A DNA stretch of 64,000 nt, from the IMG/VR virus record IMGVR_UViG_3300047673_000554, positions 15,598 to 79,597 of that record; one strand, written 5' to 3'. A model generated the notes under the pieces. The model was not told where the DNA came from. It did not search any database and worked only from the letters and a program-made list of their open reading frames with translations. The translations under genes and the position numbers were made by a program. Shown piece after piece: positions 35,927 through 45,388 of the stretch. The DNA is from a virus. Each line of letters begins with the position of its first letter. Within the stretch, counting starts at the first letter, position 1.

Positions 35927-37831
35927 TCAGCGCAGCGCGGTGTAGAAGAATTCAGAAATCACTGGGGCGCCCTTGGCCGGATCCGGATGGATTTTGTCAT
36001 CACTGATCAGCGGGGTTTGCCCGGTACTGGCGTACTTCGCCGGGTCACCCATGGCCGCGTACTGCATATCCATAAAGGCAATGCCCTGCGTCCAGCACCA
36101 GGCAGCGGCGAGCTTGGTGTAGGCACTCATGGGGTACTGACTGGATCGTGTGGTGTCCCATCGCATGGCGACGATGAAGGACGCGCCGGGATGGACTTCC
36201 AGGTGAGTCGCGACCACGCCCTGCAGGTTGGCGAGAAAGGTCGCCGGCGTGACTGATGCGCCCTGATCGTTACCGCCCAGCATCACCAGCACGGCATCTG
36301 CGGGAATGAAGCCCGTGGCGGTCTTCTGCTGCGTTAACCAGGTCGTATCGTTCTTGTACCAGTCACCCGAGGCCGAACCGCTGGCCGCGCACTTGGAGAC
36401 GACCACACCCGACGTACTGTTTTCGGTGTAGATGCCAAACAGCGTCGGCGTGCCGGTGAAGACTTCCATGCGCAGCTTCCAGTTACCGCCAGCAGGCAAC
36501 ACCGGAAAGGCCACTTGCTGGGGCCCCACCCCGGACAGCGACAACGTGTTCCACTCCAGGGCATCACCCCAGCGATACCGCAGGGTGGAATTTGTGCCAT
36601 CGCCCAGGAATAGCAGCTTCGCCAGTGTCGCCGCTGTCGAGATATCCGCGGTGTCGACGGCTGCGATGCTCACGTAATCACCCACAGCCCCCGCCTTGAT
36701 CGTCCTGTTGTCGGGACTGGCCGCGCCCAATGGCGATAGCGTCCAGCTGCCGCCGAAGTAGGTCAGGCTGCCATTGGTGTACAAGAAGTTTTTCGTGCCC
36801 AGGGACGAGCCGTGGTTGAAGCCGATGTAACCCGAACCGCCAAAGCCAAAGTCTTTGGCTAAAAACCGGGTGAGGTCGTTCATGTAGAAGTTGTGAGCGG
36901 CGGAATAGGAGTCGCCGATGATTTTTAGGTACAGCTTTACCCCAGGTACACCCGCGCGAATCTGGCCTTGCTTCATTCGCATTTTGGGCACGTTGGAGAT
37001 GTTGTTGTAGGCCGTCTTCGGATGACTGTCGTCACTCCCGATCAGCGGTTTCAGCCGCTTGGCCCAACGAAAGATCACCCAGTCCGGCACCTGACCGTCG
37101 GTGTCGCGGATCGACAAATCAGTCAGGCGTCCCAGGGCATCAGGAAACGCATACAGCAGACCCGGGACATACGCTGGCTTGACGCCCAGGTACTTGTACA
37201 ACATCTTCAGCGCCCAATTGCTCGGCCCGCCATCCCGATTATTGATGCCCATCCACGTTTCATGGCCGGCGGCATCACGCACTGCCACCAACGTGTCATT
37301 GACGGTCTGAACTTTGAATTTGCTCTGCACAAAGCTGTTGATCGTTTCGACGGCGGTCGAGCTCGGGTAGCGCGTTTGCTCAATTGCCACCCCCGCTTCA
37401 TTTTTAAACAGAATCAGCGACTGGGCGTTCTCGGGTGAAACCACCGTGAAAAACATGCCGTCGGTCGTGGTGCGCAAGCCTTCCGCCGTGCTGGCTTTCA
37501 CGCCGGCAGCCAACTGGGCCGCATCCCTTGCCGATTCTGCGCGTAACGCCGCGCCGTTCGCCTCGGCTAGGGATTCGGTGACGTCCAGGAACTGGACGGG
37601 CAAACGGTAATCCCGTTTTCCTTTGGTGATGCGCAGGTCATACAGCCCGTTCGGCGCGGCAAACTGGGCCAATCCGTTTGCGTCGGCCAGGAACGGGTTG
37701 AGCAATCCTAAGCCGTTGCTTTTACGTAAACCGAAGACGATGTTTTCGGTGCCGCGCTCGTACAGGTAGCAGGTCGCAGCGGGCAAGGCATTGCCCAGGT
37801 CATCCTGTGCAAAGAAACTCTTGAGTTCCAA
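35927..37831 (-). CDS. Tail spike-like protein with SGNH hydrolase domain
   Basis: GDSYS, GGND, DKIHP blocks; N-terminal virion-attachment-like region; TTG start at 37831. Confidence 0.8.
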   Translation of the reverse strand: MELKSFFAQDDLGNALPAATCYLYERGTENIVFGLRKSNGLGLLNPFLADANGLAQFAAPNGLYDLRITKGKRDYRLPVQFLDVTESLAEANGAALRAESARDAAQLAAGVKASTAEGLRTTTDGMFFTVVSPENAQSLILFKNEAGVAIEQTRYPSSTAVETINSFVQSKFKVQTVNDTLVAVRDAAGHETWMGINNRDGGPSNWALKMLYKYLGVKPAYVPGLLYAFPDALGRLTDLSIRDTDGQVPDWVIFRWAKRLKPLIGSDDSHPKTAYNNISNVPKMRMKQGQIRAGVPGVKLYLKIIGDSYSAAHNFYMNDLTRFLAKDFGFGGSGYIGFNHGSSLGTKNFLYTNGSLTYFGGSWTLSPLGAASPDNRTIKAGAVGDYVSIAAVDTADISTAATLAKLLFLGDGTNSTLRYRWGDALEWNTLSLSGVGPQQVAFPVLPAGGNWKLRMEVFTGTPTLFGIYTENSTSGVVVSKCAASGSASGDWYKNDTTWLTQQKTATGFIPADAVLVMLGGNDQGASVTPATFLANLQGVVATHLEVHPGASFIVAMRWDTTRSSQYPMSAYTKLAAAWCWTQGIAFMDMQYAAMGDPAKYASTGQTPLISDDKIHPDPAKGAPVISEFFYTALR

Positions 37832-37832
37832 A

Positions 37833-38783
37833 TTAGGCTCCCGTGATGGGCTTGAGCTGCCCAGTAAGCTGTAGGCCGGTACCGGCGTTGGTAGTGAAGT
37901 TCGCGGCGTTGGCAGGGACAGGGCTAGGTCCGTGGACGTGGGCCGCCAGTTCGGTGTTCGTCTGCGTGACCAGGTCAATCAGATCGCACAGCACCTGCAG
38001 TACGTTGACCGACTCAGAGCCCAACCAGGTCTTGGCAGCGATGCTGCGGCGGGCACCTTCGATGCGCTCGAGCAGCTGGCCTCCCACGGTCAAATTGAGC
38101 TTCTGGCCCACCACCTGGTTGAGGTCACGCCCGCTGGCCAGGTGCAAGTCATCCAGTGCGGCCAGGCTGGCGGAACCGCCCGACAGCAACTTGAGCGAGC
38201 CGATCGCTTCGATCGTCTTAATGCCCCCGACCGACTCGGTCGAATGGTCGTCCACCGTCACCGTGCTGCTCTGGTGGCGCTCGACGTTGGTCAGGCTTTC
38301 AACCTCACGCTCGATCGACTTGTCCAGAATCCGGCCATCGGTCTGGCGCAGCCAGTTGCCGTCCGCATCGGCGCGCTGCTGGGCGGCGTCGCTGTGCTGC
38401 CACACCTGGTCACCTTTCGGCACCTTGGGCAGACTCAGGCCGTGCGGCAGGATTGCCTGGATAAACGGCTTGCTCGGCAGGCCGTAGGCGAAGGACACGA
38501 CAACCCGTGTCCCTTCTTCAGGGAACGCGAAAAAGCCCATCTCATCGCCGCCCATAGGCATGGGCAGCGGCACGCCGGCGAGCACTGGCAGCTCCGGATC
38601 CGGCTCGTCATCCTCACCCAACAGTTCGAGGTCCACCGCAAAGCGCGGACGGAAGTCGTCGCAGATCCCGGCGCCGGCGGGAGCATCGGCCACACCCACC
38701 ACGCGGGCGAAGCGCGGCAGGTGATAACCGCCGGTGAGTTCGGGAAATTGCCGCTCTACGCTGCGGCGGATTGCGTCTTCCAT
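37833..38783 (-). CDS. Baseplate spike protein (HP1-type)
   Basis: FPEEGTRVVVSFAYG, beta-helix repeats, terminal HVH. Confidence 0.7.
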   Translation of the reverse strand: MEDAIRRSVERQFPELTGGYHLPRFARVVGVADAPAGAGICDDFRPRFAVDLELLGEDDEPDPELPVLAGVPLPMPMGGDEMGFFAFPEEGTRVVVSFAYGLPSKPFIQAILPHGLSLPKVPKGDQVWQHSDAAQQRADADGNWLRQTDGRILDKSIEREVESLTNVERHQSSTVTVDDHSTESVGGIKTIEAIGSLKLLSGGSASLAALDDLHLASGRDLNQVVGQKLNLTVGGQLLERIEGARRSIAAKTWLGSESVNVLQVLCDLIDLVTQTNTELAAHVHGPSPVPANAANFTTNAGTGLQLTGQLKPITGA

Positions 38784-39466
38784 CGGATCGCCATTTGGTT
38801 GCCGGTGAGCGTGACATTCGTGATCCGCTCGCCTTGGTTGATGGATGCACCTGGTCGCAACCCGGGAAGGGCCGCGATCATCGCGCTCTGATTGTTTTGG
38901 TAGCCGTTGAACAGCTCGACGGGCAGCTGCAGCGGCGATCGGGAACCGAAAAAGCCGTCAGCCCAACTGCCCACATACACTTCGCCGTCGCCTTGCTGCT
39001 GCCAGATAAAGTCGGGAATCCCGAACACCCGGGACAGGCTGTCCATGGCCTGGTAGCCGGCGGCCAGATTGTAGAAAAACGGGGCTTTGACTTTGGCGTA
39101 GGCCTTGTCCGGCACTCGAAAGCTCAACCCGGTTATCTGGTTGATTTCCCCCAGCACAGTCGTCAGATCCGCATGGCGCAGGTTGAGCGGTAAAGGGTTG
39201 GCCAGGATCGCCGCCAGTTCACGACAGAACAGCACTTGCTCGATCGCATTGGACGACGTGCAACGTTCGACATATCCAATGAAGTGGCGCTGCAGCGAGC
39301 TGTCGTTGTAGCCGATATCGAGCGTCACCAGTCCCTTCACCGGCGCAACCGCTTGAATGGTCAGCGTGGCGCGGCCGGGGGTGCGCAGCTCAAGGCGAAC
39401 GTCATCGGTGATCAGCGGATAGACCACGCCACCGACGGTCAGCACCTTGTGCAGTTTCATGCTCAT
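38756..39466 (-). CDS. Baseplate hub-like protein
   Basis: Position; WQQQGDGEVYVGSW. Confidence 0.6.
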   Translation of the reverse strand: MSMKLHKVLTVGGVVYPLITDDVRLELRTPGRATLTIQAVAPVKGLVTLDIGYNDSSLQRHFIGYVERCTSSNAIEQVLFCRELAAILANPLPLNLRHADLTTVLGEINQITGLSFRVPDKAYAKVKAPFFYNLAAGYQAMDSLSRVFGIPDFIWQQQGDGEVYVGSWADGFFGSRSPLQLPVELFNGYQNNQSAMIAALPGLRPGASINQGERITNVTLTGNQMAIRWKTQSAAA

Positions 39467-40005
39467 GCCCCACCGCCCAAGTAGTTATCCAGCTTTTTCA
39501 GGGTGGCTTCGAAGCCACTGAGCTCCTCACCTGGTGCGCCGGTTTCACCTGCACCTGGTGCCGTCACTGACTGCCCCGGGGCGCCCTGCTGCGTGACAGC
39601 CTTGGCCGATCGCCGCGTCTCGACCCGCTCGGGGTTGGAGAGCTTTTCCGACAGCGTGAATTGAACGAGCCAGGCGCGAAGCGAGTCGTCTTCCCGGGCG
39701 CTGACGCCCTCGGAGAACTGCACCTGGCGCACGCCGAATGCGGACGCGGTGTCGTTGACCAGCCGATAGGTTTTGAGCTGGCCACCGGTGCCGGTCGCCT
39801 CGGCCAGGCGCATCAGACTGCGTAGCTGCGACTCATCGACAAACGGGATCAGCAATGTGACCGCCAGCGTCTTGGGTTTGAAGCCTTTGTGGGCCGAGTC
39901 GGTGTTGCTGGTTTGGCCGGACAGGTCGTCGCTTTCGATTCGCAGGTTGGCGGTGACCTTGAGGTTCTTGCCGCGTACCTGTTCGCCATCGAGCAATAAG
40001 GTCAT
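39463..40005 (-). CDS. Baseplate/tail initiator-like protein
   Basis: DDLSGQTS...W.VQFTLSE; HP1-like order. Confidence 0.55.
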   Translation of the reverse strand: MTLLLDGEQVRGKNLKVTANLRIESDDLSGQTSNTDSAHKGFKPKTLAVTLLIPFVDESQLRSLMRLAEATGTGGQLKTYRLVNDTASAFGVRQVQFSEGVSAREDDSLRAWLVQFTLSEKLSNPERVETRRSAKAVTQQGAPGQSVTAPGAGETGAPGEELSGFEATLKKLDNYLGGGA

Positions 40006-40922
40006 AGGCCCACCAATTCCCGAACAAAGCCCAACCCTTTCAGGGAGCCGACCAGCAGCACGCCGGCCGACAGTCCCCACTCGTGACCTGGTGCGTCGCC
40101 CTGCAGCAGCTGGTGCCGCAACTCGGCGGCATTCCCCGGACCGATCAGGCGGGCGCGCATGGTGTCGTCGGCCGTGCCGCCGGCGAACTGCGATTTGAGG
40201 TTGGCCAACTGTTTGGCCTGTGCCTGGGCCTGGCTGGCTTTACGAGTAGCCAACCGTGCTAGATCCGCCATCGGCGAATTGTCCGCATAGCTTTCCAGTG
40301 CCGACAGCTGACTGTTCAGGGCTTGCGTGGCGGCCTTGGTCACGGTGCAACGCTCCAGGGGCAGCGCGCCCCAACGCGGGAGCGTGCCGGCGGTGGGCAG
40401 TTCCCACTTTTCGGCGTCCAGCGCGAACAGGTTCTTCGCTCGACGTTCGGCGCGCTGCAGGTCAGGCATGGGCAGCACTGCGTTGAAGCGGGACAAGGTC
40501 GCCGCGAACTTGTCATAGCGCGTGCCCAGGAACATCACCGCCAAGGCGTATTGCGCGCCGGCAGGACGACCGTCATCGCCGGTGTCTTCCAGCTTCTCGC
40601 CCAGCTGCTGCAGCAAGTTCGGCGCGGACAGATAACGCTGGTTACCTCGGCCCTGCCCTACCCCACTTTGGAATGGCGTCACCACCAGGCAGGCCGGTAC
40701 TTCGCCCAAGGCACCACTGAGTCCGGCGCGGCCAGCGGCCACGGCCGCTTCTGCAGCGGCGCCGACCGGCCCCGGCGAGGTGGTGGCCAAGTCGGCGAGA
40801 TCTGCCAGACGTTGCCCGGTGCTGGTCAGTTCGAGACTCGCCAGATCCTTGGCCGCCTCGAGGTCGTCAAGCCACTGGGTGGACTGCTCCGGCCAGCGCA
40901 TGGTGATAGGCGCCCAATTCAT
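40002..40922 (-). CDS. Tail-region hypothetical protein
   Basis: ATGA coupling in tail operon. Confidence 0.6.
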   Translation of the reverse strand: MNWAPITMRWPEQSTQWLDDLEAAKDLASLELTSTGQRLADLADLATTSPGPVGAAAEAAVAAGRAGLSGALGEVPACLVVTPFQSGVGQGRGNQRYLSAPNLLQQLGEKLEDTGDDGRPAGAQYALAVMFLGTRYDKFAATLSRFNAVLPMPDLQRAERRAKNLFALDAEKWELPTAGTLPRWGALPLERCTVTKAATQALNSQLSALESYADNSPMADLARLATRKASQAQAQAKQLANLKSQFAGGTADDTMRARLIGPGNAAELRHQLLQGDAPGHEWGLSAGVLLVGSLKGLGFVRELVGL

Positions 40923-41629
40923 ACCGGCGTGGACTCCCACACCACAGCGTTGAGCGCGTCGAGGTCCGACGTCGATCGCGCCGCTGCCAAGGCTTGCTTG
41001 AGGTCGTTGGCTTTGAGCAGACGCTGCAGTTTGAAGTCGGTGAACTCGTCACCGATCTGGCGCAGTTGGTCGCTGGTGTGTTCCAGGAAGGCTTTCACCC
41101 CGGCTTGATCCTGGCAGGGGCAGAGGCCACCCAACCCGCGCAAAATCATGCTGGTCAGGTTCAACTGATCCTGAAGCTGAGTTTCGTAGAAAAAACGATC
41201 GCCCAACACCGACGACCAGAACCCGCCGGTGATCTCCTGCAGACACGCCGTGTTGATCGCCGCCAGTTGGGCGACGTAGCGCAACTCAATCACGGCCGGG
41301 ATATCGTCAACCCAGTGACCGTTGCCCCAGATCTGGCCCGGGCCTGGCACTTCCAGCGTGTAGCCGGTCGGCAGCGAACCCGCCCGCTCAATGACCAGGG
41401 GCTCACGGGTTTGGATGTTGTAGGCCGTCAGCCCCTGGTAAGAGTCAACCAACTGCCAGCGTCGACCATCCCAAAACGCCGCCTTTCTTTCCGGTACCGC
41501 TGGCGGCGCCACTTCGACACACCCGCCGGGAATCAACCAAACATCCGGTTCCAGCGGCGAGCGATCGGCCACTGTCTTGCCGGTAAAGATGCCCAGGTGA
41601 TCGGTTTGATAGACGGTTTTGGTATCCAT
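40919..41629 (-). CDS. Tail fibre assembly protein (DUF4376-like)
   Basis: SPLEPDVWLIPGG; DQLNL...HTSDQLRQI. Confidence 0.75.
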   Translation of the reverse strand: MDTKTVYQTDHLGIFTGKTVADRSPLEPDVWLIPGGCVEVAPPAVPERKAAFWDGRRWQLVDSYQGLTAYNIQTREPLVIERAGSLPTGYTLEVPGPGQIWGNGHWVDDIPAVIELRYVAQLAAINTACLQEITGGFWSSVLGDRFFYETQLQDQLNLTSMILRGLGGLCPCQDQAGVKAFLEHTSDQLRQIGDEFTDFKLQRLLKANDLKQALAAARSTSDLDALNAVVWESTPV

Positions 41630-41637
41630 GGCGGGTC

Positions 41638-43305
41638 TCAATACTTAATGCAGGCAAGGAAGGCGATGTTTTGGGGGCGTGTTTCCGCGCCTCCCGAGTA
41701 GCCAACGGTGACGGCGTGGGCATGATCACCAACAGCTCCGACGGTGATGACGTGCGCGTGGTCGCCGACGGCGCCCACGCTGATGTTGTGGGAGTGGTTA
41801 CCCGCTTCGTTGGTGATGTTGGCCGGTTGATCGACCCCGCCGCCGAAATCCGCGAAAGTCCAACTGCCGGGAAAGACGCCCGCCGCACTGGAGTTGTTGA
41901 CGGTGTGGGCGTGGTTACCCTGGGCATCTGCCCATGCCGAGTGACCGTGTCCACCAGCAGCCCCTGCATTAGCTGAGTGGCTGTGGCCACCCGCGGCCGC
42001 CGAACTGCCGGCGTGGTTGTGGGCGCGCGTTTCGTCCGCTTGCGAGCTCCCCAATACCCGGCCGGCATCGATGCCGCGACCGTCATCCAGCACGCGGATG
42101 AACTTGCCGCGTGGGTCCGGCAGGTTGAACGTGTTGACGCCGTCACCCGCGCCGTAAAGGGTGCCGATCTTGGCGAACAACGCGGCGTACACCGTGCGCG
42201 ACACCGCCGCGCCATTGGCCCGAAACCATCCCGGCGGCGGTGTGGCCATCGCAAAGGTGCCGATGCGCCCGACTTCGGAGTCAGCGATAACCTTGCGCAG
42301 GGCGTTGAGCGCCTTGGTGGTCGCCAGAATCTCGCTGCTGTCCGTACCTGGGTCGTCACTTTTCGCGTTGGGCAGCTCGCCCAGGTCGACGTCGTCTTTG
42401 GTCGTGGCCCGGGCGCGCAGGTTTTCGTAGTCGCCGTTGCGCAGCGCGAATTGCTTGACCAGGGCGCCGGTGATCGGCTCGCTTTGACGCAGATCCGTGA
42501 TGTCCTCGGACACCGACACCTGGGCGAGCTCCACCAGGTAATGGGCGGTACCGTTGCTGTCGACGTAGTCCGTCTTCGCGGCGCCGAACACCACCTTCCA
42601 GGCGGCGACCGAGTCGCTGCCCTCGCGGGCCAGCGCAACGTCGAGCCAGGCTTTGACGGGGAGCGCCGGCAGTTGCACCTGGACCGGCTCAGCCAGCTCG
42701 ACGCGAATGCCTTCCACGTAGGCAATGCCCGCTTTCACCTGGTACAGGTCAAAACTGCGTTCCATCTGCAGGCTGTCGGCCAGGTAGCAGACCCGACCAA
42801 AGACGTCGCGGTTGCTCATGCGTTCGCGCAGATCGATGCCGTTCAGGCGAATCGTGAAGTCGTGCTGCCAGGTACTGGCGTCGACGGTGATGCCCGTCAG
42901 TGCCTGGGCACCGTTGAACTCCACCAGGAAGTTGCGGGTGACGTTGTTGCCGATCTGCAGCGGCGGAATGTTCTTGCGCTTCTGCTGCACAGGCACGGTC
43001 GCGACTGCTAGCAGCACGCCTTCCGACGCTTCCAGGCCAATCCAGTTAAAGTCCCAGTCGCCCACGTCGGAGCCCACCATCAGGCTGTAGATCACCTGAT
43101 TGGGGCTGACGTAGCCTTTGCGGTCGTAGGCTTTGGTGAAGACAATCTGAGACGCTGGCGGCTTGCCGGCGGCGCGATCAACCGGGGCGTTCGGATCAAG
43201 GCCTGGCACAAGTGCCAGGACGAAGCGAGCAACCTCGAGCTTCTCCCCGGCGCCTTGCTTCTGGGCAATAAGACTCTCGCCGGCAAGCGTGATGCTAGCT
43301 CCCAT
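41638..43305 (-). CDS. Tail fibre protein with collar and HxH repeats
   Basis: GDWDFNWIGL, LRARATTKDDVDLG, VSRTVYAALF...FNLPDPRG, ETRPQNIA. Confidence 0.9.
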   Translation of the reverse strand: MGASITLAGESLIAQKQGAGEKLEVARFVLALVPGLDPNAPVDRAAGKPPASQIVFTKAYDRKGYVSPNQVIYSLMVGSDVGDWDFNWIGLEASEGVLLAVATVPVQQKRKNIPPLQIGNNVTRNFLVEFNGAQALTGITVDASTWQHDFTIRLNGIDLRERMSNRDVFGRVCYLADSLQMERSFDLYQVKAGIAYVEGIRVELAEPVQVQLPALPVKAWLDVALAREGSDSVAAWKVVFGAAKTDYVDSNGTAHYLVELAQVSVSEDITDLRQSEPITGALVKQFALRNGDYENLRARATTKDDVDLGELPNAKSDDPGTDSSEILATTKALNALRKVIADSEVGRIGTFAMATPPPGWFRANGAAVSRTVYAALFAKIGTLYGAGDGVNTFNLPDPRGKFIRVLDDGRGIDAGRVLGSSQADETRAHNHAGSSAAAGGHSHSANAGAAGGHGHSAWADAQGNHAHTVNNSSAAGVFPGSWTFADFGGGVDQPANITNEAGNHSHNISVGAVGDHAHVITVGAVGDHAHAVTVGYSGGAETRPQNIAFLACIKY

Positions 43306-43906
43306 GGGTGCTCCTAAACGGGTTGTTCAAAAAGGTGAGCAATGCGAGCTCGTTGATCACGACTAGGCGACTGGCGCTGTCGTCCAGGGTGGCAATCAGG
43401 GTTTGTTGGTCGTCGTTAAGATCGGCCACGCCGATGTTCAGCTTCACGGGGGTGATCGTGACAAAGTCGTAGCGCCGGCACGTGCGGCCGTATTGCTGCA
43501 TCAGGACGCGCAGCAACACCGGGTTTTCGCTCAGCTGCGTGTCGGACAGGTGCAACAGGACCACGTCCCAATCGAGGTCCGGCAGGCGCTCCTGGATCTC
43601 CACATAACCGACGCCCAGGCGTTCGAAAATGCGGACCATGCCGGCGGTGCTGCCCGCGTCCACAGCATTGATGAAGGCGTACTTCACCCGCCGGCGGTAG
43701 AGCTTTTCGGGTTCGCCGTGAAAGCGTTGGATGTCGCGCTGCCAGGCCAGCAGATCGAGCACGCTCAGGTGGCAGGTCTCGGCGTCCATTTGCAGCAACG
43801 GCCAGTGCAGCCAGCCTTCGACCTTGACCCACCAGGCTTGCGCGGCCGCTTTCAGCTTGGCCAGCTCCGGCCCATCCAGCCAAAACGGGAGACTCAACTT
43901 AAGCAT
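43295..43906 (-). CDS. Tail protein I-like
   Basis: LDLLAWQRDI...DAGS...YGRTCRRY. Confidence 0.8.
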   Translation of the reverse strand: MLKLSLPFWLDGPELAKLKAAAQAWWVKVEGWLHWPLLQMDAETCHLSVLDLLAWQRDIQRFHGEPEKLYRRRVKYAFINAVDAGSTAGMVRIFERLGVGYVEIQERLPDLDWDVVLLHLSDTQLSENPVLLRVLMQQYGRTCRRYDFVTITPVKLNIGVADLNDDQQTLIATLDDSASRLVVINELALLTFLNNPFRSTHGS

Positions 43907-45074
43907 TCAACATCACCTCAACCCCGGACAGGCGCGGGATGGTCAGCTTGGAAATGATGTCCGCGTTGTCAAAGTCCAGCGAGTCGATGCCCGGGAATTG
44001 CTGGTGCAGCTCCTCGCCCAAACGGCTGAAGGAGAACCGCGACTGGGGGTGAGTCAGCGTCGGTTGGTAATCACTGGCCGTGCTCTCACGAAATGCGGCG
44101 CGGATGAACAGCTCGATATCAGATTTCAACGCTGGCCAGCGCTCGGCACCGACTTCGGCCTTGGGCCAGACCGTCAACCTCACCGTATGCAGCGTGGCGG
44201 GCATCTCCAACACCAAAAGGTCGTCACCGTGACCATGGTTGCCCTGGTCCCGGATGTAGTGGTTGATTTCAGCCAGGAAGGTATCCGCCGGCGAGTCGGC
44301 TTCGAACAGCACAAAGGCATTGGCACTGCCGGGGCCCCGGGGCGCGTTGTGTTCAAAGTAAACGCCGTCGGGCTGCACACCGGGGAACACGGCAATCATG
44401 GCGCGATAGACGGCGTCGGTGTGCCATTGGTTGACGGCCGAGAACTGGTTGCGCACACGCAAACGCAGCTCGTCGTCAGGCTCAGTGTCGGCGCCGGGTT
44501 GGCTCAGCCAACCGTCAGCGTTCACCACCTGGACAACCCCCGGCACCGGCTCCGGCAGAATGGAAAAGTAACCTGGTGCGAGATTGAATCCGCTACCGGC
44601 CTGCTTGGCCCGGGCCAACACCCGGATCTGGGATTCACCGTCGGCAAAGCTGGCCGCTGCCACCGTCACCAGCTCGTAGACGTTGCCGTTGATCGCGATC
44701 GATTGCACCCGAGTACCGGCCGGCACTTCCAGCAGACCGGCCAGCGCGCTTCGGGTGAACAGCAGCAACCCCTCGGCCTTGGTCGCCGGCTTGCGGGTGA
44801 CGTTCACCGCCCAGGCCAACATGTCCAGCCAGGCACCGGCGGCGGTCTTCACGAAAAAGTTCGGCAATACGGTGCCGGCGATAAAGTCGATCAGCCACAT
44901 GACCGGCTTGGTCACCAGGGCGGTGATCACCCGCCAGAACGGTGACCAGGCGCTGGTGTTGCTCAACTTGCTGCCCTGGGCGACGACTTCCAGTTCCCAG
45001 GCAGCGCGCAGCTTAGCCTCGGTCGTCGGAATACCGGCGTCACTCAACGCCTGTTTGAAATCTACGTCACTCAC
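43899..45074 (-). CDS. Baseplate J-like protein
   Basis: GADTEPDDELRLR, PRGPGSA. Confidence 0.88.
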   Translation of the reverse strand: MSDVDFKQALSDAGIPTTEAKLRAAWELEVVAQGSKLSNTSAWSPFWRVITALVTKPVMWLIDFIAGTVLPNFFVKTAAGAWLDMLAWAVNVTRKPATKAEGLLLFTRSALAGLLEVPAGTRVQSIAINGNVYELVTVAAASFADGESQIRVLARAKQAGSGFNLAPGYFSILPEPVPGVVQVVNADGWLSQPGADTEPDDELRLRVRNQFSAVNQWHTDAVYRAMIAVFPGVQPDGVYFEHNAPRGPGSANAFVLFEADSPADTFLAEINHYIRDQGNHGHGDDLLVLEMPATLHTVRLTVWPKAEVGAERWPALKSDIELFIRAAFRESTASDYQPTLTHPQSRFSFSRLGEELHQQFPGIDSLDFDNADIISKLTIPRLSGVEVMLNA

Positions 45075-45388
45075 AGCACTACCTCGACAGATCCGAATTC
45101 AACGGTTTTGGCGGTGACCAGGTATCTGCCCTTCCCCTCTTCCAGGATCCGGACGGTGCCTGGTACCAGGCGCACGTCCGCCTCAACCAGTAGTTCCAGT
45201 TGCTGGATGCAGTCGGCTTGACGGAAACGATCGCGCTCGGCCACCTGCGTCACCAACAAGCCGCTTTCGCGGATCATGTGACCGATGTCCTGGGCGATGC
45301 TGGCCCGATCGTCCACCAGCAATGGCTGATTCGAAGGGTCCAGGGTCAGGTCGTTATTGGTGATCAACAGATCGATATAGAGACTCAT
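45071..45388 (-). CDS. Baseplate wedge protein (DUF2590-like)
   Basis: IAQDIGHMIRESG...DVRLVPGT. Confidence 0.75.
   Translation of the reverse strand: MSLYIDLLITNNDLTLDPSNQPLLVDDRASIAQDIGHMIRESGLLVTQVAERDRFRQADCIQQLELLVEADVRLVPGTVRILEEGKGRYLVTAKTVEFGSVEVVL

Noticed and set aside
977-43305. Diversity-generating retroelement or invertible tail-fibre switch
   Set aside because: No reverse transcriptase or invertase ORF seen; similarity between the two fibres is limited to the ordinary collar domain
43731-44945. Long antisense ORFs over structural genes (also 9676-10695, 41977-43011, 49821-50846, 55328-56491)
   Set aside because: Expected shadows of GC-rich codon usage opposite well-supported phage genes
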